Shown: piece by piece, positions 46,704 to 54,665 of the stretch | Position numbering within the stretch: position 1 is the stretch's first letter | Layout of the letters: each line of letters opens with the position of its first letter | Origin: an uncultured virus (IMG/VR IMGVR_UViG_3300021256_004112) | Taxonomy: Duplodnaviria; Heunggongvirae; Uroviricota; Caudoviricetes | IMG/VR virus record: IMGVR_UViG_3300021256_004112 | Reading direction: 5' to 3' (one strand) | Length of the DNA stretch: 54,665 nucleotides | The notes under the pieces: generated by a model | Told to the model about the DNA's origin: nothing | Databases searched by the model: none | What the model saw: only the letters and a program-made list of their open reading frames with translations | Position numbers and translations under genes: made by a program

Positions 46704-47491
46704 CTCGTATTTTCATACCGTTTATCAATGTAACGGTTATCATCAAACATTTTGGGATAACCCGCACTTTTCGCCGCATTGGCTACTCTGTGTTGCACGG
46801 CAAAAAACATATCCATCCCGCTACCGTGGACAATCATAGTCCCTTGCGTCATCCTTGCTTTTGATATTGGCATATTGATAGCATTCGCTACCATGCCTGT
46901 TACATCATAATCTTGAATAGAAATCCGCATATAGCGTTTATCATTCCCCTGCCGTTTCGGGTCTTTCACCCATTTTTTCATATCAATCTCCAATTGGATA
47001 GGGGTTTTGAATTTATGATTTTTACAGAATTGGAATAATGCTGTTTTCCGTTCCCGCTCAACTAAGATTTGATGGATGGCTCCGGAGGCGTCCATCATAT
47101 TATCAATCATCTTTTTTGTATTGACCTGGGTACTTAAAAGCTCGCCTCGGCTTTGCTTATCCATAAGCTGATGCATTTTCTGACGGAACGCTTCCGCAAA
47201 ACGGGTATCCGCTTCCCCAGCTTTTTCTTTATATTCTAAAGTAATAGTATAGCCAATTCGTTCAGGATTATTTTTCAATTCATCCCATTTCACATCATAA
47301 ATAGCGACAAAGCGTTTTACTTCACGGGTTTCTTTAGAAACCTCAGACGGGTTCAAATAAACTTTTTGGGATGGATTCAAGATAACGCCATTATCTTTCA
47401 AAGTAGCAATAAACTCCTTTGAAAGCGGGGATTTGTATTCATATTTATCAGGCAACAACTTACTTTTCACAACCGTAAAATCTTTTTCCAT
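46700..47491 (-). CDS. Hypothetical protein
   Basis: C-terminal V.GSGMDM.F motif; coupled to the next gene. Confidence 0.75.
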   Translation of the reverse strand: MEKDFTVVKSKLLPDKYEYKSPLSKEFIATLKDNGVILNPSQKVYLNPSEVSKETREVKRFVAIYDVKWDELKNNPERIGYTITLEYKEKAGEADTRFAEAFRQKMHQLMDKQSRGELLSTQVNTKKMIDNMMDASGAIHQILVERERKTALFQFCKNHKFKTPIQLEIDMKKWVKDPKRQGNDKRYMRISIQDYDVTGMVANAINMPISKARMTQGTMIVHGSGMDMFFAVQHRVANAAKSAGYPKMFDDNRYIDKRYENTR

Positions 47492-47505
47492 AACATTTAC
47501 CTCTC

Positions 47506-48006
47506 TTATCGTTCGACGCCTTGTACCGACAAAGTATTCGCATTCTGTTTTGATTTTCGAGCCAAAAACTTAGACTCTTTACGGGTAATATCTCTTTCGA
47601 TATCATCTATCATTTCCAACATTTCGCCTTTTAACTGCGCATCCAAAATAAAATCTTTCAATCCGGAAAGACTGCTACGGGACAAAAGGTTTTTACTTTC
47701 CTCGCTGGCCATCTGTAAAAGAAAACCGTTCGGGTTATCCATAAAATTTTCCAAAGAAACGGACAAACCCTGATTTCCTGCTTCTTTTAATGTATCCTTA
47801 ATACCATCGTTCCAGTTATCAATCACATACATTGCCGAATCCTGTACCGTATTCCCAACCAACGGGAAATTACTTGCAATATCCGACTCAAAAGCGGTGT
47901 CAGCCAAAGAAGATGTATTCTCAAACTGTTGTCCTTCCGCTTCTATCGCATCCAGCCTGTCATAAAGAAAATCTTTTACATCCTTTTGAAAACCATTAAG
48001 CTTCAT
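47506..48006 (-). CDS. Hypothetical protein, paralog of the 21254-22528 N-terminus
   Basis: Starts MKLNGFQKDVKDFL; ends LSVQGVER. Confidence 0.75.
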   Translation of the reverse strand: MKLNGFQKDVKDFLYDRLDAIEAEGQQFENTSSLADTAFESDIASNFPLVGNTVQDSAMYVIDNWNDGIKDTLKEAGNQGLSVSLENFMDNPNGFLLQMASEESKNLLSRSSLSGLKDFILDAQLKGEMLEMIDDIERDITRKESKFLARKSKQNANTLSVQGVER

Positions 48007-48029
48007 CAGTAAAACCCCTTTCCTGAAAA

Positions 48030-48866
48030 TCACTTACTGAAATCATTTGTATTTTCGTTTGCCTTTTTCGTATTTTCTTTCTTCAAAGACCGTATTGGCG
48101 CAATTCCACATTCTTTCAATGCCTGATTCAAATCCTTTAATGTTTTTATGGCATTGGCTTCTTTATTGCCGATACTTTCCAAGAAATCCTTTACCGTTTC
48201 CCCACGAAACGAAACGCCGCCTGTTTCTCCTCTGCCGTCTTTCAGTTCATAATCCAAATACCGTTGGATACTCTTACTTACCTGTAAATTCTCTTCCTTC
48301 CCATTAGCAAGAGACATTTCAGATTGCTCATATAACCGTTGAACGGCATCATACGCTTTTTGACAGTCTCTTATATTGGCAAACTTCCCTTTGGAAAAAT
48401 CATTCCCCTCTTGCAACTCGTTGGTCAAAAGCTTACCTGCCGTAAAGGTCAGACACTCTTCCATTAATTTAGGCAGATTTTCTTTCTCGTATAAATGTTC
48501 CTTTTCCACGCGCACCGCTTCATATTCACTGTACGGGTAAAAAGGATGTTGTCTGACTTCCGCAACGGTCTTATCCATAACCTCTTTATTTTCCCGTACA
48601 AACTGTTCCAGAAGATGAAGACTTTCTTTTTCAAACTTTTCATGGTTTTCAATATAATCATCCATCAAGGTATCCAAACCTTTACCTTTCAAATGAGAAA
48701 TTTCTTTCGCCAAAGAAAAATCTATGCCACCATCAAAAGAAGAATCAATCACATCACTTACGGGAACAGAACCGTATTCTTCAACAATATCTTCCAAATG
48801 ATTAACACGCCGTTTCATGATACGGCTCGCCATAATTTCCAAATCATTCATCTTTTTCATAATCAT
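48030..48866 (-). CDS. Hypothetical protein
   Basis: RBS GGAGG; basic tail. Confidence 0.75.
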   Translation of the reverse strand: MIMKKMNDLEIMASRIMKRRVNHLEDIVEEYGSVPVSDVIDSSFDGGIDFSLAKEISHLKGKGLDTLMDDYIENHEKFEKESLHLLEQFVRENKEVMDKTVAEVRQHPFYPYSEYEAVRVEKEHLYEKENLPKLMEECLTFTAGKLLTNELQEGNDFSKGKFANIRDCQKAYDAVQRLYEQSEMSLANGKEENLQVSKSIQRYLDYELKDGRGETGGVSFRGETVKDFLESIGNKEANAIKTLKDLNQALKECGIAPIRSLKKENTKKANENTNDFSK

Positions 48867-48897
48867 CTGCCTCCGAATTTTATAATTTCCTTCTTGT

Positions 48898-48928
48898 ATT
48901 ATCGCGTAAAACGACTCAATACTCCCTA
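48898..48928 (-). promoter_or_regulatory. TAGG-class promoter, copy 7
   Basis: TAGGGAGT-N17-GATAAT. Confidence 0.65.
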
Positions 48929-49024
48929 CTTCTGCCTACAACACAACCAATACAAACAATTATCGGGAAAAGAAAAAAAGACCGATAAACGGTCTTTCTC
49001 TTACAAAACAATTTTATCCAAACT

Positions 49025-49696
49025 TTATCGTTCCAAATCACAAGGCAAAGTATTGTTTTTTACTTTATATGTTTTAGCTACAATCTTTCCTGCCATAAGA
49101 GATTCAAGTTCTCTATCTTTAAATGGGCGGGACATCTTACGGTGGGAAAAATAAAAAGGTTCATCCATTCCAATACTTCCGTCTGTAAAAGAAGACGGGA
49201 AGACAAGCTGATTGGATTCATATAAGATTCGGTCTTTTTCTTTCCGAATATTTACTTCACACCAAAAAGAACTGGATGATTTCACAAACGAACGCTTCTT
49301 ATCTCCAATACCAAAAGTAATCATATCCCCACGCCGATAATGACTATCAGCCCGCATAGCAGAAAGAGAAATTTCTGTAGCGGCTTCCCCACGACTGATT
49401 TCTTTCATCTTGCCTTCCTTCGGCTGCACAAGATAAAAAGAAGAGTTTTCATCCAAATACCATTTCAGGGAATCAGGCGGGGCAAACGAATCCAACGAAA
49501 CAGGAAAAGACCCTTCTTTCCCCACGACTAACAAAAAGTGTTCTTTGGAGAAACTGTTTTTTAAAATAGAACCGGTAATTTCCCTATCGGGTAATTGGTT
49601 TTCATCCTTAACTTTCTCAGATATGATATCCATAACAGCATCCATTACATCGGAAAAATTTTTAGTATTAAAAGTTTTGTTTTTATCCTGTTTCAT
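49025..49696 (-). CDS. Hypothetical protein
   Basis: Ends NNTLPCDLER; hairpin at about 48978-48998. Confidence 0.75.
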   Translation of the reverse strand: MKQDKNKTFNTKNFSDVMDAVMDIISEKVKDENQLPDREITGSILKNSFSKEHFLLVVGKEGSFPVSLDSFAPPDSLKWYLDENSSFYLVQPKEGKMKEISRGEAATEISLSAMRADSHYRRGDMITFGIGDKKRSFVKSSSSFWCEVNIRKEKDRILYESNQLVFPSSFTDGSIGMDEPFYFSHRKMSRPFKDRELESLMAGKIVAKTYKVKNNTLPCDLER

Positions 49697-49722
49697 ACCG
49701 CCATCATCCTTCCTTGTTACAA

Positions 49723-50622
49723 TTACCTTAAAATCTCTTTATCAACTTCCGAATTCTCTCTTTCCCTGCTTTCCTTTTTTCGAGACAACACCTTGTACAA
49801 CACCTTGTCCTTCTTTTCATATTTCGCATGGACGACGGTATTAACCGCATCATGCAAGCGGATGTCTTTAAGGAAGATAGAGCGAAAAGAGGACGTGCCG
49901 GATATACAGCAATGCCCTGCCAGTTTTACATCATGCAACATAGCATTTCCACCTACGAGGCTTTGTTCCATAATAAAGCTTTCTCCGCTTATTTCGGCAT
50001 TCCCCATTATTACCGAGTTTCCGAACACTTCAGAATTTCCTCTTACATTCGCCCTGTCCAACACTTTCGCAAAATTGTTAAGTCTTGCAAACCCTTCCAC
50101 AACAGCTTCCCCACTTACAAGAACAGCACCATTTAAATTCGCTTTATCTTCAATCTTGGCTTTACCTGCAACAACAGCATCATCATTAATAACTGCCTCA
50201 CACGACACAGAAGCTTTATCCGTAACAAGCGCCCTTCCCTTTACAGTTGCCATTCCAAAGACCTGTGCATTCTTTTCCACTATAGCCTGTTGGGAAATAC
50301 AGGCATTATCATAAACACAAACATTATCACGCACAACCGCATCATCTTTGACAACCGTATCCCCATGCACATTCGCCCTGCCAAAAACCATAGCATTGCC
50401 TTCAATCTGCGCATTTCCTTTGACAGTGGCATAACCGAACACCATGGCGTCATCCCTAACCCAACATTTTCCGAATTGGGAAAGATTCTGCGTATCTTCT
50501 ATCCATCCGCCATAATCACCTGCCTTGACATTATAATCAGGGATATCCTGTAACGCCTTGATACGGTGCAAGGTAAATTCAACACCCATATCGTTCGTAT
50601 AAGCTTTCGTAATCGAAGTCAT
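49723..50622 (-). CDS. Left-handed beta-helix (hexapeptide repeat) protein
   Basis: LHRIKAL.D...VKAGD.GGWIE...NLSQ.G.CWV followed by about 20 V.G.A. hexads. Confidence 0.85.
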   Translation of the reverse strand: MTSITKAYTNDMGVEFTLHRIKALQDIPDYNVKAGDYGGWIEDTQNLSQFGKCWVRDDAMVFGYATVKGNAQIEGNAMVFGRANVHGDTVVKDDAVVRDNVCVYDNACISQQAIVEKNAQVFGMATVKGRALVTDKASVSCEAVINDDAVVAGKAKIEDKANLNGAVLVSGEAVVEGFARLNNFAKVLDRANVRGNSEVFGNSVIMGNAEISGESFIMEQSLVGGNAMLHDVKLAGHCCISGTSSFRSIFLKDIRLHDAVNTVVHAKYEKKDKVLYKVLSRKKESRERENSEVDKEILR

Positions 50623-50656
50623 TTCATATTTCCTCTTATCTTCCACAAAGCCCACC

Positions 50657-52933
50657 TCATTTCAAAAGCGATATCTGCCGTTTTTGCTTTTTACTGGTTT
50701 CTTTTTCCAAATCCAAATTATCCTGTTTTAAATAAACGAAAGAAATAGCATCATCAATTTTCTTATTATCAAAAGCCGTTTCTACCGCATTCATGGCATG
50801 TAATAATGTATTGTTTTCCTTACTTAAATGGGCAAGAGAAACAGTATCCGCATGGCATTGTTCCAATGCTTTACAAGCCTGTTCATTGGAAAGATGCCCT
50901 CTGTCACTGACGATACGCCATTTCAATGAGTTGCTGTAATTTTCATTCTTTGCCAACAAATCTATATCATGATTCGATTCCAATACGACTGCATTTGCTT
51001 TTTGTATCGCCTGCTCCATCTCTTTTGTAACCTTTCCTGTATCCGTCACATATAAAGCAGAATACCCATTCCGTTCAAACAGATACCCATTCGGTTCTTT
51101 CACATCATGGACGGTCGCTATTTTATCTACGACTAAATTGTCGGCAAGGTACAACCGCTGTGGCATAACATACGCTTTCTCACTCGTCAATGAAGAAAAG
51201 CGGTCACGAATCTTATCCCAGGTTCCTTCCGAAGCGTAAACAGGACAATCTAATTTCTTCAAAATCTGCGGAACAGCATAAATATGGTCAATATGTTCAT
51301 GCGTGATAAACACGCCTCTAATTTCTTTCGGGTCAATTTTTGCTTTCTTTAAGGCGGGCAACAATTTAGTGGTAAAAGGAACACCTGCGTCAATCATATA
51401 TTTCTGCGTTCCCGTATCAAGTATGGTCACATTGCCTTCACTTCCGCTAAATAATGTTGTCATCGTAAAAGGCTTACATTTCTTTTCTTCATCTAATACG
51501 AAAGGTAGCTTAGAATGAGATGGCATAGTGCTTTCCTTCCAATACTCCCTGCAATGTTTTTCAAAGTACTCCCTGCAATGTTTTTCAAATTCCAATCCGA
51601 CAGATTTAGGGAAATGCATCATGGTTAACATATCGACAGGAAATACCCAATTATTTTCATTTTCGGTAGATACCGCATTAGTAATAGGAACGGACACACC
51701 TTCCGAAGCATCCTGTCGAAGCAAACGTTCTTCCATATACAAATTGATACGGTCATCCCATTTTTTCAAATCCAAAGACAACGCTTCGGGACATTGCCCC
51801 GTTTCTTTTCCAATACTGCGAACAGTTATCATCATAGACTGAATAAGTATCCGAAAATGGTCAGAACATATATTCTGTGTAGGGATTTTACGGTCAGAGC
51901 CAAGCAAATCAGCTAAAATCTGCTGGCGTTCCGTTTCTTTAAGAGAATCATATTCTCCGCCAGACGCCCTGACCCCCTGCAACTTGGAAGTATCAAAACT
52001 TTCATTTTTTACAGAGCTGTTTTTCCATGCCACATAGGAATCCAAAAATTCCTTATTAAATATCTTAAACACACGGCGGTCGCCCAAAACATAAGAAACA
52101 AAAAGTCGGTCAGTATCCTTGATACGGTATTCTTCAATCTCGCAGATACAGGATTTTACTACTTTATCCTTTATATCTTCCCTTGTCATATGAACATCCG
52201 AAACCAACTCCCCATACTTTTGCAAGCGGGTACGTTTAGACATATAAGAAGGGAAAATCTTTGCGTCTTCATCCGTGATATCCATATTGTCATCTTTCAG
52301 ATACCGAAGATTTCGAGCATCCAAAAGCTCCTGAAAATCAATCCCCAATTCTTTCAGCGAAGAAGGTTTACAGGAAGCAATTCCACGGAACTCATCCGCT
52401 TTTTCTTTTTCCTTATAATACACATCCTCAACACTGTTTACTGCAAAAGTACCTGCGGGCGATATATAATACACATCATATTTTTCACAAAGCGTAGAAA
52501 GCCCATACCGTTTTGTCAGGTCTACCTGATACCCATCATCACCAAACTCACCAACTGCCATACGTTGCGCATGGACTTTCGCAATATCCACATACTTATC
52601 CGTATCGGGTACAATAAAACCGCTTTGGGCAAGCATACGAAACTCAAAATCAAGGCTCGTACCGATAATCACATCTGCTTCATTCATCTTTTGGCGCAAA
52701 GTTCCATAAAATGCGTCCATCGTATTGAAAGCATTCACATCTTCAGGGAAAATATTATGGACAGAAGCAGCGCTATCCCATGTATCCCGATACAACGGAC
52801 AAACTTTAAAGCTATCTTCTTTACGGACGGTATTCCCATCCTCATTCTGTTTTACTTCAATAATATTCACTTTGAGGACTTCATCATTCTTATCGTATCC
52901 TGTAGTATCATTCTTAATAAAAAGTAAATTCAT
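50657..52933 (-). CDS. Fusion of a degenerate DEDD-exonuclease-like domain and a WalJ/YycJ-like MBL-fold nuclease
   Basis: C-terminal SGSEGN, IDAG, THEHIDH, HD, TDTG, LESNHD, GHLSN, LAHLS.ENN; N-terminal IKNDTTG, A.SVHNI..E, DFEFRML. Confidence 0.8.
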   Translation of the reverse strand: MNLLFIKNDTTGYDKNDEVLKVNIIEVKQNEDGNTVRKEDSFKVCPLYRDTWDSAASVHNIFPEDVNAFNTMDAFYGTLRQKMNEADVIIGTSLDFEFRMLAQSGFIVPDTDKYVDIAKVHAQRMAVGEFGDDGYQVDLTKRYGLSTLCEKYDVYYISPAGTFAVNSVEDVYYKEKEKADEFRGIASCKPSSLKELGIDFQELLDARNLRYLKDDNMDITDEDAKIFPSYMSKRTRLQKYGELVSDVHMTREDIKDKVVKSCICEIEEYRIKDTDRLFVSYVLGDRRVFKIFNKEFLDSYVAWKNSSVKNESFDTSKLQGVRASGGEYDSLKETERQQILADLLGSDRKIPTQNICSDHFRILIQSMMITVRSIGKETGQCPEALSLDLKKWDDRINLYMEERLLRQDASEGVSVPITNAVSTENENNWVFPVDMLTMMHFPKSVGLEFEKHCREYFEKHCREYWKESTMPSHSKLPFVLDEEKKCKPFTMTTLFSGSEGNVTILDTGTQKYMIDAGVPFTTKLLPALKKAKIDPKEIRGVFITHEHIDHIYAVPQILKKLDCPVYASEGTWDKIRDRFSSLTSEKAYVMPQRLYLADNLVVDKIATVHDVKEPNGYLFERNGYSALYVTDTGKVTKEMEQAIQKANAVVLESNHDIDLLAKNENYSNSLKWRIVSDRGHLSNEQACKALEQCHADTVSLAHLSKENNTLLHAMNAVETAFDNKKIDDAISFVYLKQDNLDLEKETSKKQKRQISLLK
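51543..51589. repeat. 24-bp in-frame tandem duplication
   Basis: TACTCCCTGCAATGTTTTTCAAA twice, giving FEKHCREY twice. Confidence 0.9.
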
Positions 52934-53520
52934 CAGACCATACCTCTTTCCACATTTTCTTGCGTCATCCTACAGATATTTTTCACAGGATTCCGTCGTA
53001 AAGAGCGCTTGCCGTACAATTTTTCTTTTCCCATTAACACTTCACCATATAAATAAGTACAGGGAAACAAGTTGCCGTCTACGGCATTGCCGTACACAGC
53101 GCCTTTTTTCATCAAACCCTTTTCTGTCAGGAAATAAACATTATTGTCTTTATCCGATTCCAAAGACAAAGGTACATCAATAGAAACATGAAGCAAATCA
53201 GCAATCTTCCGAAGGCGCTCCTCGTTCGGCAAATCTTTCCCGCCAGTATATCCTTCCTGGTTATGCTTATCCATAACCTCTTTACGGCGCTCCACATAAA
53301 AACGACCGATACATAAATTTCCCAATACATCGGGGCAGGAATTCCCCATAACATTCAGCAGTCCTTTTTCTGTAAAACAGTAAGGTCCATTCGTAATAAT
53401 AAGCGGTTCCTGTTTCAATACTCCCCGTTTTTCCTGTTCCTTCACCCCATTACCGATACAAAAAGGAGTATCCATAGGAACATCAAAAAGCGAAGCCAAT
53501 TGTTCCATCTGCGTAGCCAT
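52933..53520 (-). CDS. Hypothetical protein with an internally duplicated domain
   Basis: QLASLFDVPMDTPF...YCFTEKGL and KIADLLHVSIDVPL...YFLTEKGL. Confidence 0.75.
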   Translation of the reverse strand: MATQMEQLASLFDVPMDTPFCIGNGVKEQEKRGVLKQEPLIITNGPYCFTEKGLLNVMGNSCPDVLGNLCIGRFYVERRKEVMDKHNQEGYTGGKDLPNEERLRKIADLLHVSIDVPLSLESDKDNNVYFLTEKGLMKKGAVYGNAVDGNLFPCTYLYGEVLMGKEKLYGKRSLRRNPVKNICRMTQENVERGMV

Positions 53521-53523
53521 ACC

Positions 53524-53907
53524 TCACCGTCCCATATCCCGACCAACAACTTTCGTATATGCTTCTTTTAACATAGAACGCAACGCATTATTACGCACCC
53601 GTGTTGCCGTCTTATCAAAAGAACGGGTATCTTTCACCTTATCGCAAGCTTTTCGAACCATTTCATAGGACAACTTATGCGTCCCAAAGGAACGGTCGCC
53701 AGTAACAAGAGCAACCTTACCCCGATATTCTTTAGGCATATACGCTGACACATCATATATGTCTGCATTCCATCCATAAGACCCCGCAGTATAAGCATCC
53801 GCTGTACGATAATTCATCAACTGTGACAAATCAGCACTGCCACCTGCATCAAAGACAACATCATACTGATTCATGACCTGTTGTTTCGTAAGCCGTATTT
53901 TTGCCAT
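53524..53907 (-). CDS. Hypothetical protein
   Basis: AYTAGSYGWNADIY motif; ends GRDMGR. Confidence 0.75.
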   Translation of the reverse strand: MAKIRLTKQQVMNQYDVVFDAGGSADLSQLMNYRTADAYTAGSYGWNADIYDVSAYMPKEYRGKVALVTGDRSFGTHKLSYEMVRKACDKVKDTRSFDKTATRVRNNALRSMLKEAYTKVVGRDMGR

Positions 53908-53927
53908 AAAAAACACCTCCCAAAAAA

Positions 53928-54629
53928 TCATCGATTCTTTTCAAAATGCGGTCGGATATGCGTTGTGTTCCGTTGCAAATCCAAACGGGATTCCACCTGA
54001 AGAACGGTAACATGCTGCCGTTTCCCACCCTGTTTTCGTTTTGTTTCCAGTTCCAGCACAGCAGAAACGGGACACGAAATATAATGTTCCCCCGTCTTTG
54101 TCTTCCGCATATATTTAGAAGGAAGCAATAAATATTGCCGTTCCCCTACTTCCGTACCCGTCATCTCCACGCGGTACACATCCTGTCGATACTGGCTTAA
54201 CGAAGAAACCGAATTAGGATACAGCCGATGGGAAGTAAACCACATCTTTTCTTTCCCTGTCCGTTCCTGAACCGCCAATCGGACGATATCATCCGCTTTA
54301 GGGACAAAGCCATCCGCCAAAGAAGCCTGTGCTTTTATAAAATAACTGCGAAACTCTTTGGGCTGATATTCCCGTCCGGCAAGGAAGATAAAGGAATTAT
54401 TCTTCTTTTTATATTCTTCCATACGCCGTTTTGCCATTTCCTCAAATGTGCCGGTTTCCACAGGATTTAAATTACCCATAGCATCTTTTTCGACACGATG
54501 GTAACACAATTTATTTAACACTTCATTGGAAATTTCTATAATTGCTTTCCGTTCTTCTTCGGAAACGGACATACGGGAAGATTCCCGTTTTTGTTGTTTT
54601 TCTTCTATCCTGTCATTCAAAACAGCCAT
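53928..54629 (-). CDS. Hypothetical protein
   Basis: ATG 54629 with RBS AGGGGTGA; ends HIRPHFEKNR. Confidence 0.7.
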   Translation of the reverse strand: MAVLNDRIEEKQQKRESSRMSVSEEERKAIIEISNEVLNKLCYHRVEKDAMGNLNPVETGTFEEMAKRRMEEYKKKNNSFIFLAGREYQPKEFRSYFIKAQASLADGFVPKADDIVRLAVQERTGKEKMWFTSHRLYPNSVSSLSQYRQDVYRVEMTGTEVGERQYLLLPSKYMRKTKTGEHYISCPVSAVLELETKRKQGGKRQHVTVLQVESRLDLQRNTTHIRPHFEKNR

Positions 54630-54665
54630 AAAATCACCCCTTTTCATCATATATGAAAATAACAT

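Noticed and set aside
51543..51589. Extra TAGG-class promoter (CAGGGAGT)
   Set aside because: Inside a CDS duplication, with no -10 hexamer at 17 nt.
1..54665. Prophage
   Set aside because: Phage-like accessory genes are present but no terminase, capsid, tail or lysis genes; a phage-plasmid cannot be excluded from this window alone.

Overview
The window is part of a large mobile element, most likely a conjugative ICE or plasmid of a diderm Firmicute (Negativicutes-like, inferred from a bamA gene among Firmicutes-type genes). Almost all genes are on the minus strand. No virion or T4SS genes are visible here. Recognisable parts: an RlmN/Cfr-like radical SAM gene (partial), HNH, BamA, M48 peptidase, vWA, DUF5131, isochorismatase, HicB and AAA+ genes; a CI/Cro-like switch; a NinB-ssb-3D-EndA block; RlaP-like and CCA-type nucleotidyltransferases; RecD2; an orphan EcoRI-family methyltransferase; an xis/int pair beside an intact tRNA-Trp-type attP; and about 30 orphan ORFs. 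Main observations: (1) the methyltransferase gene holds three alternative C-terminal cassettes, two in the -1 frame behind slippery A9 and T7 runs; (2) seven copies of an unusual promoter, TAGG[GA]AG[TC]-N17-(-10 hexamer), precede xis and the orphan operons; (3) about 25-30 proteins share basic C-terminal tails resembling conjugative translocation signals; (4) the integrase carries a Cys-rich zinc-ribbon insertion in its catalytic domain. All family calls come from reading motifs by eye, not from database searches. Several start codons were moved from the ORF track to RBS-supported ATGs.
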